A DNA stretch of 62,931 bases, filler included, from Reticulomyxa filosa (lineage: Eukaryota; Protista; Foraminifera), in the NCBI GenBank assembly GCA_000512085.1. It is 22 parts of 22 records of this genome, joined end to end, with 100 filler letters (N's around TTAATTAATTAA, not from the genome) between each part and the next. Parts side by side here need not be neighbours in the genome. Positions count along the whole stretch, not along the records: positions 10,561 to 14,578 come from ASPP01012118.1; positions 14,679 to 22,770 come from ASPP01022965.1; positions 22,871 to 24,443 come from ASPP01028124.1; positions 24,544 to 26,478 come from ASPP01010720.1; 18 more parts are not named here. One strand, written 5' to 3'. Each line of letters begins with the position of its first letter. The stretch's first letter is position 1. Shown one piece after another: positions 11,477 to 24,682 of the stretch. The position numbers were made by a program, and so were the translations under genes. The notes beneath the pieces are model-generated. The model searched no databases, had not been told where the DNA came from, and saw only the letters and a list, made by a program, of their open reading frames with translations.

Positions 11477-14089
11477 ATCAAATGCAACGATTATCCTTGG
11501 TTTTTTCCCAACAACTTTTTGTTTTTATTTTGTTTTGTTGGTTTGTTGGTTTGTTTCGATTTGATTTTTACAAAAAATGAATCTCTTGTTTGTGATCTTG
11601 TTTTCTTGTCATATATTCTCTGTTTGTTTTTTTTTTATTTATTTATTTACTTAGTTGTGATTCTTTCTTTTTCGATTCTCTTTTGTGACATAACTGCTTT
11701 GGGTTTTTTTTTTTATTGCTATCATTCCATTTTGTTAGAGGTCTGGGTTTTCTTCTTTGTCTTATCATCCACAGTTTAGTCGAAATCAGTTTTGTGGTTA
11801 CTGGTAAACACTCCTTTCCTAAACTCTTCAACAAAGAGATAGTATGCAGCTTTCTCCATATTTCTCACTTGTTTTCTTTCTTAATTCATGTTCGTGTAGT
11901 GGAGTCAAGGATACAAAGAAACATGCCTTGTTGAACAGGTCAATTAACATAATAGCTTACGAACAACAAAATTTTCAAGAAGTTTTCTCTTGTAAAGTGG
12001 CACTTGCGATTTGAAAAGTAACTTTTCTTATTCTACAAAAAATCTTCTCTTTAAATGTTGATTTTCATGGAGATTTAGTTGCCAATGAGAATTGAATTTA
12101 CAAGTTTGTACTTATCACGTTCACAAAAAAAATAACTTACAGCCCTTTTGGTCATCATCATAAGATTTTGAAATAATTACTCGTTCGAAGGGATTAGTCA
12201 AGTTGCTTCAACATCTGCTTAGAATTGAAGTTCGTTTTGAGGTTGATTGATAAAAGTTATAATTAGAAAATTAAAGAAAATTGTTGGAAATTAATTGAAC
12301 GAAAAACCACATATGACTATATCAATCACAAGCAATAAAAAAATATATACATAAGTGAACGCAATTGACGTAGAAATATACATATATAAATAATTGCTAT
12401 CAAATGAAATACTAGTGATCTAGAATAAATCGCAATTTTTCAATTGAACAAACCCAAGGAAAAGATACAAAATCAATTATATGATGTGGAAAAATAAAAT
12501 TAAATATTTAAACATTAGTTATTGGAAACTTAGCGAACATATAATAAATAGTAATTCGATGAAATTACAATTTAAAAGAAAGCTAGAACAATTAGCTAAA
12601 ATTTTGAATGTCATTACAAACAATTGTAATTACAAATTAATTGCAATGTATTAAATCATTATTATTGAAATTGTTTGCTGAATATATGAATAAAATTGAA
12701 TGCAAATATATTTTGACATAATCTGATTAGCATATACTAAATGAAAGCATTAAATATAGATTTAATTAGTATAACATTAATCATATTATTATAAAATAAT
12801 GAAATGAAAAACACTATAATATAAAAAAAAAGATTAAATAATTTATGTAAACTCAAACTTATGCAATAATAAAAAAGATAAGAATAAATATAAATATTTT
12901 CTCTTCTTAAGGATATGCTAATGAACGAAACGGTAAAGATTATACAATATCTTAAAGACAATTTATATAATGTAGAGAATATATAACAAAATGAGCAATA
13001 TCATAAATAACAAAACAGCGCAAAACATTGAAAAATATAATAAATTGTTTAATCATTAAATATATTTCTTTGATATCGATAAGAATACTAAATATACAAT
13101 ACTAATAATAATTTATAATATACAAATAAACTAGTTTTCTATATTTCAAAACAACATCATTCTATTCGAAAAACATACAAATGTTCATAACCAGATTCTA
13201 AAATAAAGTTTGCACATTATAGACAATCTTGTCAACTTTTGACTTATATTCAACATATGTTTCAATACTATAACATCAAACTATTTCAAACAATATTAAT
13301 TTATGTATTTTTTGTCATAATATTTACAATATTGTAATGTATATATGTCTTTTTTAACAAAACTATGTTATATTAACAGCAACTTCTAAATTTAGTTCAA
13401 AACTAATGACTCGTAAATGTACAGTCGTTTTTATCACTAAACACAGTCAACGTCATTCCAGTCAATTCGAACTTAGAAACTTTAGTTTTCGTCTGATTAT
13501 TTGTTATAAATATAAACTCTTCCAAGATCATTAACTACATTATTTTGTATGCACTATGGAATTTAGATCATTATTATTTGATTATTCTTCAAAATAAGTT
13601 ACATTATGATTAAATATTGTACTTCAATCATTTCACTATTTTACATTTTAATTTGTTAATGTCAATTGCTTGATTTCTTGATACTGGTTTTTATCTTCAA
13701 TTCTTTAGTCATTGCCTTTGTCTAGAATGATAGTTCGAGCTCTTTCTTAGCTTACTGTAATTATTACTGCGGGGTTTGGTCACTTATTGAGGATTAACTC
13801 ACTTGCATTATTGCGCATTGTTTGTGTTCGAGAAGCGCGCGAATTGTGATGTTTCACTTTTACTGTTGTTGCGGATTGACAAATCATATCAACGTTTTGT
13901 TTTTTTGTTAACGAACCAAAAAAAAAACTTTTGAGTTGTTGTTTTTTCTCCTGAGAAAAAAGTCACAAGCAAAAAATTTTATGGAAAAATTAAAAAAGTT
14001 TGGATTTTAAAATTTTTTCATTGAAAAGCAGTATTAAAAAACTAACAGTGAGAATAGTGCACCTTTCGTTTTAAAAAAAAAAATTTAAA

Positions 14090-14534
14090 ATGGCAGAAGC
14101 TCTTCTAAACTCAAATAATGAAAAGACAGCCGATCAAAAACAGGATCATGGTATAGTAGATGCAAAAAGTGAGGAAGAGAAAGAGAATGAAGAGAAAGCC
14201 AAGGAAACGACAGCAGGCAATGCCAGTCACAGTACAATGGAACTAGAGACTCGTTTGGGTTTGTACAATGGTATAAACCCATTTGAGCGAGCACCATTGA
14301 CGTGTTACGAAAAGTTTAAAATGGTGTTGTTTACGATAAGCGGCATAATAATAGTGAAGTTCGTGTTATTTTTGATAATATTTATCTTTGTCTACGTGTT
14401 TTCACTATTGGCGACGTGCTGCATAGCCGACCGCAGCAAGCCATTGCCAAAATCGAGAAAGATATGGAGAAACTTGATTATCTTTGCGATTCGAATGTTG
14501 TTATTTATCTTTGGTTTCTATTGGATCAAAGCAA
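14090..14534 (+). CDS. Lysophospholipid acyltransferase (LPCAT/LPEAT-like), first exon
   Basis: NPF..LT.YEKFK motif, a transmembrane stretch, then KPLPKSRK...IRMLLFIFGFYWIK, typical of LPCAT1/2 and plant LPEAT N-termini. Truncated by an intron and the contig end. Confidence 0.8.
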
Positions 14535-14538
14535 GTTT

Positions 14539-14578
<40 letters not shown>

Positions 14579-14811
14579 NNNNNNNNNNNNNNNNNNNNNN
14601 NNNNNNNNNNNNNNNNNNNNNNTTAATTAATTAANNNNNNNNNNNNNNNNNNNNNNNNNNNNNNNNNNNNNNNNNNNNTTTTTTTTTTTTTTTTGCGTTT
14701 TTATCGAGTTCAAAATTTTCGGGGGACAGGATTAAAAAAAAAAATGACGTAATGAACAAATAATAAAAATAAATAAACGAATAAAATAATAATAAAAAAA
14801 GGGTACAACAG

Positions 14812-14996
14812 TGGAAGTTTTTGAAAGCATGATTGGTATTGCTCAAAGAAATCCGCTGGCCGCTGGGGTGTTTGCCTTGCTTGGTGGCATTCTTGGGTTT
14901 TTCATTGGCTTGATTTTTGGAAGTATGGGAAGCAAACCAGAAGAAGTTGTGCTCCGCCCCAAACCACCAGCTGCTGAGACTAAAAAATCACAGTGA
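14812..14996 (+). CDS. Last exon of an ER membrane protein (TM helix plus C-terminal KKxx signal); possibly calnexin-like
   Basis: Acceptor ACAACAG at ~14811, then the hydrophobic helix LAAGVFALLGGILGFFIGLIFG, ending ETKKSQ* (di-lysine at -4/-3). Confidence 0.55.
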
Positions 14997-16477
14997 AATT
15001 GATAAACAATGCGAGCATCGAAAGTGGAGGGAGAAAAAAAATTGACATTATAATGTCATCTAAAATTAATCATTAGGGAGGAAAAAGAAAACAATGGTGT
15101 CGCTGCAAAGCCAAATTTTTGAAAGAAAAAGCCAAAAAACTTTTGCAATTTTTCTTGCACTCATTCATTATTAGGTAGTTGTTTTGCTTTTTGTTTCTGT
15201 TTCGTTCATTGGGGAGGATTGCGCTGAATTTGTCGGAGGTTACTTCAGATTATTGTTATCCTCACAGCCAAAAATGTTCCACATGACACATTCAATAAAA
15301 CTACTCGTGTGTCTCGTACACAAGTTAGTGTTGTTTTAACGAAGAAGCAAGAAGAAAACTTAATGCAAAAAGATATTTTTGAAAGTATATCAATCACAAT
15401 GAATGCCCAATCAATTTTTGTTAACAGTATCTCTAAAGAAAAAAATTGAAAAAAGTTTATGCACGAAATTTTGTATTATGTATACAAAAAAGCGATAATA
15501 CTATTCAATATAACACAATATTTTCGGGTATGCGTGTAGCAAACTTAGTACTAATATACATGTTATAAAACATTATTGTTCTTTTTTCAATCAAGTAATT
15601 AAAAATACATATTAACAATATTGTGTACAATGTTGATATGACAACTCACATTTTTCAAACAGTCATAATCATTAAACTGTATATTGTATGTTTATTGTGA
15701 TAAATCACTTGATGTACCATATATTGTGTTCAGTATATATTTAATGTGTAAATCATATACTTAATCAATATTTGTAATACTTTGTTACCTTATGTTTTTA
15801 CATTATTCTGCAAAGTATGTAGTCAGTAAAAAAAGTCGTATATTATCTTTCTTAGTTTTTTTCTTTCGAAAATAAAAACATGTTTAGTATATTTCATGAT
15901 TCTGGTCGATGATATTGAATCTTTGGATATCATTATCTAAATAACAACTAGTTGGATCCAATTATACGATTTGTCTTCAAAGTGTTTGTCTGTATCTAAT
16001 TATTGTAAAAAAATTGTATTCACTTCTATTTTGGTTAGAAGAAATTCGATCGAACAAATATTATTGCACCTTTTTTTTATAGTTGTATTATGAATAAGTC
16101 ACATGTTGTTGCTGAGTTAATCTTTGACAAATTTTTTTAACGCATAAGAAAAATGTAAAAGTAGTGATCTGTGTATACGTTGTCCTTTAAAAAAAAATGC
16201 TAATGCGATATTACGCAAGTCCAATTACTCGCCTGAAACATAAAACAACGCATGACCAGTAACAAAAAACAAATATGTGCATATTCAATGATATATTGTG
16301 TTGTTAGTTTCAGATTTTCAAAATCCAAAGCAGAAATGTCTAACTTCGAAATTTGGAAGACAAAGAAACCCCAAACATTTAACTTTTTCTCTGTTTTTGT
16401 TTGTGTTCCTTTCAAAGAGGACTTGTAAATAAAAAAAAAAAAGATAAATTTTAGTGCGATAGAAATAAAGATCAGAA

Positions 16478-17617
16478 TCAATCGATATCCATAAAATCAC
16501 CTTTGGACGAAGCATGTTTAGGAACACGATACGATGCCACTTTGTCTTGGCCAGAGCTCATGGTCTGTATACTATCAAGTGTTGAATTTATTTTGGAATC
16601 TTCCATCTGAATGTCATGGTTGTTTTTTTGTTCATCAGCGTTGGCGTTATCATTTACACGCCACCTTTCGGACTTTGTGCATTTGAAAAATGGGAACCCC
16701 CCTTGGAAAGGGTTGATTGGATTACTGCAGCGATATTGCTTCAAGGTACTATGATTATTGATATTCTTACAATTGCTGTCAACGCCATCGCCATCTCTAT
16801 CATGAGTGCACGACACACGAAACATTGTTGTCATTGGATCTTGATATTTCACCAACGCCCCATTTTTGCTGTTTAAAGGTTCAGGAGTCCCAAGCAACAC
16901 CTGCAACAAAGAGCGTTTTCCGTATGCGTCTTTAGGGATCACCAACCGTTTCCGGGAGCCTTCCTCCACGTTCAGCTGCTTCAGCAAATCCGATTGCTCC
17001 CAGGGCGACAATGCCAACGAAGAACAAGAAGACGAAGGCGAAGAAGACGAAGACAAAGATGACGAAGACAACGACGATGAAGTAACGGACGAAGATTGTG
17101 AAGAAGAAAAAAAAGAGGTTGCATCATCATTTTTTTTTTCATCATCACACCACAACTGCGGTTTTGCGGGGAGTTTAGCTTCACCTTCTTTTTGCTCCAG
17201 TTGATGAGGAGACAGTTGGTCGTACGACAGCTTCGGACACTTGCAATGTGTTGGCATTGACTCACAAAACAAAGTGTTTATGTCATTGTCGGATTCTGAA
17301 AACATATACTTGCGCTTATGTCCAATGATAAGTGGTACGCTGCGATGAGCTCTTTGTGGAATGGCCTTTTTTGTTTCTCTTTCACTTTTTGCTAACGTGT
17401 CCAAAAATCTCACATCTGCTACCTTTTGTTCGTTTTTTAACGTGCTCGACAAGTTAGATTTTTTTGTTGGTGGAGACATGTCGTCTTCCATTGTCCGGCT
17501 TGTCTTCACGTCGCCGCAATGTTCATTCGTCATTTGTCCAAAATTTCGCTTGCGGCGCAAAGCACCAACACTGGTTCCTGAGATACCAAAAACATGAGAA
17601 TCTGCATAAAGCGACAT
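16478..17617 (-). CDS. Intronless 379-aa hypothetical protein with a Ser-rich tract and basic NLS-like motifs
   Basis: Long ATG-to-stop ORF, more GC-rich than its flanks; LRRKRNF, PPTKK and HKRKY motifs. No domain recognised. Confidence 0.7.
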   Translation of the reverse strand: MSLYADSHVFGISGTSVGALRRKRNFGQMTNEHCGDVKTSRTMEDDMSPPTKKSNLSSTLKNEQKVADVRFLDTLAKSERETKKAIPQRAHRSVPLIIGHKRKYMFSESDNDINTLFCESMPTHCKCPKLSYDQLSPHQLEQKEGEAKLPAKPQLWCDDEKKNDDATSFFSSSQSSSVTSSSLSSSSLSSSSSPSSSCSSLALSPWEQSDLLKQLNVEEGSRKRLVIPKDAYGKRSLLQVLLGTPEPLNSKNGALVKYQDPMTTMFRVSCTHDRDGDGVDSNCKNINNHSTLKQYRCSNPINPFQGGFPFFKCTKSERWRVNDNANADEQKNNHDIQMEDSKINSTLDSIQTMSSGQDKVASYRVPKHASSKGDFMDID

Positions 17618-17928
17618 TATTTCAGAATATGTATATAATCTCTTTCAAAAAAAGTGCTATTAGCAAAATAATTTTTGTACTTCGCTCGAATACTATTCCC
17701 CTTTTCTTTCTTCTTTTTGTTTAGTGTATTGAATTACTTTGGCTTCTAATGCTTTTGTAAAACTACGCAATAGAGGATAAGGGAAAAGTAACATTTAAAA
17801 CGAAAGTTTGACGTTATAATAATTAGTTTTTTTTTTTTTTAAAGCAGGCGTTTTCAGTGACCCCCCTCTTTATCAAATAATATTAATCGCGTTGCCAGAA
17901 GGAACGAAAAGAAAAAACACTTAAAGAC

Positions 17929-19356
17929 ATGGGAAATCACGCAGCAACAGAAAGTACAGGAACAAAAGGTCGATTTAGTGATTATTACGTGGCAGGAGAT
18001 CGAATAGGTAGTGGAACGTTTGCAGTAGTGAAAAAATGCTACCGCAAAAACGATGCAAAGCAAATATTTGCAGTGAAGATAATAGACAAGAGACACCTAA
18101 CACCAAGAGAGTTGGTGGGTTTGAAATACGAGATAAAGATCCTGCAGACAATGGAGCATCCATCAGTGATCAAAGCAGTGGATGTGTTTGAAGATAAAAA
18201 GAAAGTGAAGATAGTGCTGGAGCTGTGCGAAGGTGGGGATTTGTTCGATCAAATGTTGAAGATGAAGGACAAGCGTGTGGAAGAGAGCAAAGCAGCATGG
18301 ATCACTTGCAAATTGGCACGCGCATTGAAATACTTGCATGAGCATTACGTCGTGCACCGGGACATGAAGCCGGAGAATATACTATTCACCAAAGATGGTC
18401 GAATCAAAATCACCGACTTTGGGCTCGCCCATTATCTGAAGCTACCTGCCGCCTTTCATATTATGCACACGTGTTGCGGCACGCCCCACTACGTGGCCCC
18501 TGAGGTTTTGGGTTCCGAAGAGTACGGTGTCGAAGTTGACTTTTGGAGTTTGGGGGTCATTCTTTACATCATGTTATCCGGATATCAGCCATTCAATTCC
18601 AAGTTTATTTGTTTGTTTAATTTATTAACAATAAATAACCATGGAAAAAAAAAAAAAAAAAAAAACTATTTGTATGTATATTAATACGTATAAATAAATA
18701 AATGTATATTTATATATACATGTATATGTAATTTTTTTTTTAAAAAGGGGGGGACGACAGTTTGAACATGTGTACGTACATGTATACCTAATGTTCATAA
18801 ATGTAAAAGATTGTACACACGAATAAAAATAAAAAAAAAAAGGTCGATTCGTGCGATGTATGGGATGATAACTCGAGGGCAATATCGGTTTCCAAAACCA
18901 CATTGGGACAACATATCTCCGGAAGCGGTGTCTTGTGTGAAAGGGCTGATGCACTTGAACCCGAAAGAGCGACTGAATTGCGACACGTTATGCCAACATC
19001 CTTTCATTGTCAAGTACGTCGACTTGAAAGAGATCGAGAAGGAAGAGTCCAAGCTGCTGCTCGAGCAACAGCAAATGATGCAGAACTCATGCTCGCAATT
19101 GCTTCCGGATGGCTTTCGTCTCCCTTACGATTCCAAAAATGCTGGCAATGGCGCCGACGTCAAAAGCGAAATCCTTGACGAAAAGCTCGAACAGCCCGCC
19201 GCTGTCGTCAAAGATCAAAAAGGTAAACCACAGCCTGTCACGCCGAGTGATCTTTCCACTGATACTCATATTCGTTCCAATCCAATGGATCTTGATGCTA
19301 GCACTGATCCACCGACTTCACACATTTCACCCCTTACGCAAAATCGTGATACTTAA
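17929..19356 (+). CDS. Ca2+/calmodulin-dependent protein kinase family (CAMK1-like) Ser/Thr kinase, two exons (17929-18602, 18843-19356)
   Basis: IGSGTFAVV, AVKII, ELCEGGDLFD, HRDMKPEN, DFG, TCCGTPHYVAPE, DFWSLGVILY. GT..AG intron 18603-18842 joins PFNSK/SIRAMY..FPKPHWDNISPEA. Confidence 0.95.
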
Positions 19357-20950
19357 AAAAAAAAAAACAAACTGAATACAACACACACATAACACCCTTC
19401 CCCCCCCCCCTCCCCTTTTTCTAACTTAATCGTATTCATATATAATTACAAGTTTCGAACTGTGCTGACCGCAATTTTTTTTAAGCACGAAGAAACATAA
19501 GGACAATCTGAAGAAAATTACACTTAGATATTTAAATTCAAAAAATAGCGTGGTGTTGTTGTGTCCTTTCTTGAAAATTCTTTCCACTTCGTCCCCTTCC
19601 CCTTTTTTTTTTTGTCCTCTCTCCCTTTTTTTTTGTCTTCTCCCCCTTTTTTTTTAATCTCCTTTCTACTCCTTTCCCTAGATCTTACTATACCTTGTCT
19701 CTCCTTGCATTTGGGGAAAAAAAACAACAAAAATTACCAACAAAAGAAATGAAGAGATCGCAAAAAGAAGAGGAAAGTTTGATAACTGGTGTTGTATGAA
19801 CTTGACCGTATGCCGCTTGTATGTGTGAAAAGAGTGATGATCCTTTTTTTGTGTGATTGAATGTAATCTTTGTAACCATTCATTTGACACATTCGGAGAC
19901 AAAAATCAAAAAAACTTAAAAAACAAATGAACATGAATGACCAAATAAATAAAGGTCATAATACTGAGAGATTTAATATCAGCTGTTGAAATTATATCAC
20001 TTGGTATTGTTGACTTACTCTTAATTTCCTTTTTTCTGCCTATTTTTTTTGTTGTTTTTGTTTTTTTTTGTTTTTCGTTTTTTGATTTGGTTGTTTTATT
20101 TATTTTTGTTGTTCTTTGTTCTTGCACCTTTTTGTTTCGAAATATTTCGTTGTTCTTGGGTAATCAAATTCACCACGAAAAAGTCAGGCACAAATATACA
20201 ATTCCGTCCAGTTTGCTGTACAAATTAAATGACTCGGGCAACACAATAAAAACGAAAGATTCAATGGATATTTTTTTTACAGTGTAAATTCGTTTGCTCT
20301 ATTTGATACTATTTTGTCGTCACAAAGTATCAAGTAAAAAGGGGCATGCTAAGTGAGCGTAGTTGCAGATTTTTAATTTTTTTTCCCGATATTATTTCTA
20401 GTTTCAAGGCTTTTCGCTTCACTAGAAACGGCATCTTTCTTTTTTTAAACAAAGAGTTTAAAAACTCCAGTAATTACATTTAATAAACTGAAAAACGTTT
20501 ATTAAGTTTCTTTTTGTTTGTGGACAAAACTAATCAAGTGGCAAGCGAAACATTGTTTAAGTGTATATAACAAAAAATCAAAAAGATAGTTGTCTTTCCT
20601 AATTAAAGAAAAATGATGTGTTGATTATTGGAACAGTATAAGGATATGTTTATCTTTCAGAGCATTGTCAGCAATGTTTTATGATTGTAGAGAAATTATT
20701 GAAATGTGAAAGGAGACAGAAACAAAATAAAGGATGTATTTCCTAACTTTCAAAATAAACCAAAACAAACAAAAGCAAAGACAATTACAAAATAGCGAAT
20801 GCCGTACACAAACAAACCAAAACACAATACAATGACAAACAATCTACTGTGGTACATTTGGCATTTTTTTTTTAAAAAAAAAAAAGCAAAAAGCGAGAGA
20901 GTGTCAACGGAGACAAAAAGAAAAACGAAAAAACAAAAACGTGGAGATTG

Positions 20951-21649
20951 TTAAAAGTTTTCTCCCTCAAAGACGGAATTTTCACACTCTCCGGTCCCAG
21001 TTTCGGTGACTAACTTCCTTGCCAACGACGTTGCAGGAGTCAAGCGATGAGCATTTGCACGAATATTTAAAGCTGCATGCTCCTTGTTATTTATTGTACA
21101 TTTATTCTTATTCATCATGATAATTATTATCATTTCCATTTCCCCCTCCCCTTTTTTTTTTTTAACAACAAAAAAACGTATCCTTTCTCTTTTATCCTTG
21201 TGATACGTACCTCTGATCTCTTTGCCTTTTTTTTGCGACACCAAGCACAACAACAAATGAAGCGACAACACGGGCACTTCCAAAGTGGCCATGTCGGATC
21301 GCAGGGGTTATCAGCAGGACTTTCCAGGTAAAAGCGCAACAAACAGGACTTGCAATATTTTTTGGTACACGTTTTCATGGTTTGTTTCAGCATAAAAACA
21401 TGTCCGCAAATGATAACATCTTGCAACTTTTTTTTGTTTTTGCATTGATGGCAACTTAGCATATCTTTTTGAATCGGCTCTTCCAATATCATTCGATAAC
21501 CGATCTCACTATTGCCTTTCACACATGACTCTCCTTCCATTTTCGAATTACTCGCTTTGTCACTTGCGACATTATTTTTCCGCCGTTTTTTTTTCGGGGG
21601 AGGGCGTCCTTCGCCCTCTCCCTCTTCCGTCTTTCTCTTTTCACCGTCT

Positions 21650-21693
<44 letters not shown>

Positions 21694-22770
21694 GTTATTA
21701 TCGTCATTGCCGTCACTATTGCTATTGTTATTAGCTCCTTGCCTCTTTGGGCCCTCTCCTTGTGGCTCTTTATTGCCTTTGTATTTGGCCGTGAATGCTT
21801 CCCCATTCCCATTGCCGACAACGCCATGTCAATACCACTGTGGACGCCGTTTAGCGCCAACGCGTTGCGCAAGTCCCCATCGAATAGAGGTGGTTGTATG
21901 TCTGATATTATCGATTTGAAAGGCCCATTGCCAAATGTACCATCAACATTAAATAGCTTTTGTTCGCTTTTTCATATATGTATATACGTATATATTATAT
22001 AAATGTATACATACGTACACATATACATATACATATATATATATATTTTTTTTTTTGAGTTAATGTCACTCCAAATTTTTTTAGACTTACATTTATACAT
22101 GTATATAATGTAGATGTGAAACTGTGACGATTCAAAGGGTAGGCCCAATCCACTCATCCCAGTAAATAAGGATGGTGGGAGCATTGACAGACTCCACGGC
22201 ATTGGTAGTTTTGGACTGATTATGTCACTGTTCGTGTTGCCATTGAAAAGACTACAACTGGCAGACTCATTATTCGCCGACATATTAGGCTTGCTCTCAG
22301 CCACGCCAGTGCTGCTTGGATCGAACAAACTGGTTGGAAAGCCAATGTTCCGTGCGATATCAAAACTGCTTCCACTTGCAAGTGCCATTTGAAACGGCGC
22401 TTTTGAACATTATATCAATCCCAACAACAACAAAAGGCATGAATCAAAAGGAAAATTCCGAGAACAAAAAAAGAATGGTCCGGGAACAATGCACAGTTAC
22501 GATTTTTTTTTAAAAAGAGGGAGAGAAAGAAGAGGGAAAAAAGAAGAACAAACCCGTACATATTAATCATATGAACACACCAATGGAAGAAGATAATGGT
22601 GAAGAATGTTGAGGAAACCAAGGCCTATGATCAGAAAAAACAGATGATGCAGAATAATGATGAGGAATAGTACGATTATTATTGTAATTATGAATATGAC
22701 TATTATTATTATTATTATCATTATTATTATTATTATTATTGTTATTGTTATTGTTATTGTTATTGTTATT
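20951..22770 (-). CDS. zf-4CXXC_R1 (CDCA7/JPO-like zinc finger) protein with Asn-rich linker and NLS; multi-exon, 5' partial
   Basis: SCHQCK..IICG..TCTKKYCKSCL..WKCPCCRFICCCAWCR at 21230-21460, preceded by PPPKKKRRK. A 1-nt frameshift in a G run at ~21803 is probably a homopolymer error. Confidence 0.82.
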
Positions 22771-22870
22771 NNNNNNNNNNNNNNNNNNNNNNNNNNNNNN
22801 NNNNNNNNNNNNNNTTAATTAATTAANNNNNNNNNNNNNNNNNNNNNNNNNNNNNNNNNNNNNNNNNNNN

Positions 22871-24443
22871 CGAATGCAAAAATGTGGACTCGTACTTGAA
22901 AGTAAGCGAATTTAAAAAGGAGGTGGATGACTTTTTTCAAAGTAAGAATAGACAAATGTTGATGCTGCAATATCAACATAAAAATGTAGATTTGACTCAG
23001 TATTTTCATATCAAATCTATCCTGGAAAATGCTTATTGCAACAACGATTGTCATTCAAAAGTTATTATACTTATCGTGCGCAATCTTCAGCCCACATTGC
23101 ACCCATTTCCGATCGTGTTTTCAAGGTTTTGCTTGTTGTCATTTCGATAGTCAAATTAAATGAAAAGGATTTATGTTGTTTTTTTTTGAACAGAATGTGG
23201 AAAATGATGTTTATTCCGTCATTAACAAACGACGCTCCAACGTTATTGAAAGAATTAAATCAAAATACTTCGGCAATTCTCCAAACTGCAAATCAGTCTT
23301 TTGCACACGTATATTAATATATATGTATATAATATTTGTATATGATTATTTATTCTTATGCATTGAATGTCATGGCTGATGAACAGGTGCTGAACAAAAC
23401 TCTGCAAAGCGGATTTTATCATTTAAAATTTTCACATTTAATTGATGCTCCCTTTGCGCTCTCCAATTTATTTGGTATGCAAGACCCCAAATGGACAAAA
23501 GTCCAAAGTGTAATGATACAACGACTGCAATGGACAATACAAGAAACTATTCCGACAGACGACGTGCTTTGTGAAGTAAATGAAAGCTTTCAACAAAATC
23601 TCAATGCCTTGCATCGTTACAATCTCGTTAAAGAGTATCAAAACGTCGTCGATTATGTAGTTACTGTGGGATGGACACGAGTGCTTTTATCATTTTATGA
23701 TAATTGCTACTTTAAGGTTGTTTTTATTATTATTACTATTATTTTTAAAAATTGGAAAGTTTGTGTTTAAAAAACAAAAAAGGTACTTTTGCAAGCAATA
23801 AACGATAAAAATGAATCAATGCAACAAATGAAACAAATATTTCTTTCAAGTGCAATGACAAAAATTATTCCATTATTTGGAGCAAGTGGTGTATTGGAAA
23901 AACATGCACATCTTTATTGTCCAACAATGAGATACGAGGCACAGTTTCCATTCAGTTGGAATTTCCATGTCTGGTGTTTTGACAAAATTTCGAACACGAT
24001 GAAGTTACCCCTTCCTTCTGGCAACATGACACACGTGCAACAAGACAAAATAGTAATAAGTTCAAATGAAGACGTAGAGGAAAGTGCAAATCGACTGAAA
24101 GATATTTTGCAAACACGTAATGAACCTTTTACATTGTTGAATAAATGCAATCCTCAAAGTTGTGAATATTATACAAAAGATGTGATTCGAGGAAAGTATC
24201 ACATGTATATTAAATTAAAAGGTGATGATCAACTCTGTGCATGTATTAAAGGCATTGTATTTTGCATGGTTTGGCTGGTGAGTGGAAAAAATAATCGTAT
24301 TCACATTCCGATGATTGAATCAGTTTTTTATCATTTTGATAATGTCATTATCCAATTTGTGCTATTGTTATCTCTTTGCAAAAATGATATCAACCTCTCA
24401 GATATCATTGAAACATTATCGAAAGCAGATAAAAAACCATTGG
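22871..24443 (+). CDS. RNF213 (mysterin)-like giant AAA+/E3 ligase family, internal multi-exon fragment
   Basis: SEFKKEVDDFF..MLMLQY..TQYFHIKSIL..KVIILIVR..PIVFSR/MWKMMFIPSL and AQFPFSWNFH resemble, by eye, the post-AAA region of RNF213. No AAA or RING motif lies in this fragment. Confidence 0.5.
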
Positions 24444-24682
24444 NNNNNNNNNNNNNNNNNNNNNNNNNNNNNNNNNNNNNNNNNNNNTTAATTAATTAAN
24501 NNNNNNNNNNNNNNNNNNNNNNNNNNNNNNNNNNNNNNNNNNNTATCGAGCCCCCCCCCCCCCTTCCCTTCGTTTGCCAAAGTTCAGTTTGAGAAAAGTT
24601 CAATCTCAAACCATTTTTTAAATTATTTTTTTTAATGCATACACAAACTATGCATATGTCTTAGCAAGTGTGTAGGTTTAAC

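Noticed and set aside
12400-12700. Possible decayed reverse-transcriptase C-terminus (IKYLNI..KL..EHI..)
   Set aside because: Too degenerate and AT-rich to support by eye; no YADD motif found.
21795-21810. Frameshift in the zf-4CXXC_R1 gene as programmed frameshifting
   Set aside because: It lies in a short G run, and one extra G restores the frame. In this homopolymer-rich assembly a sequencing error is the simpler explanation.
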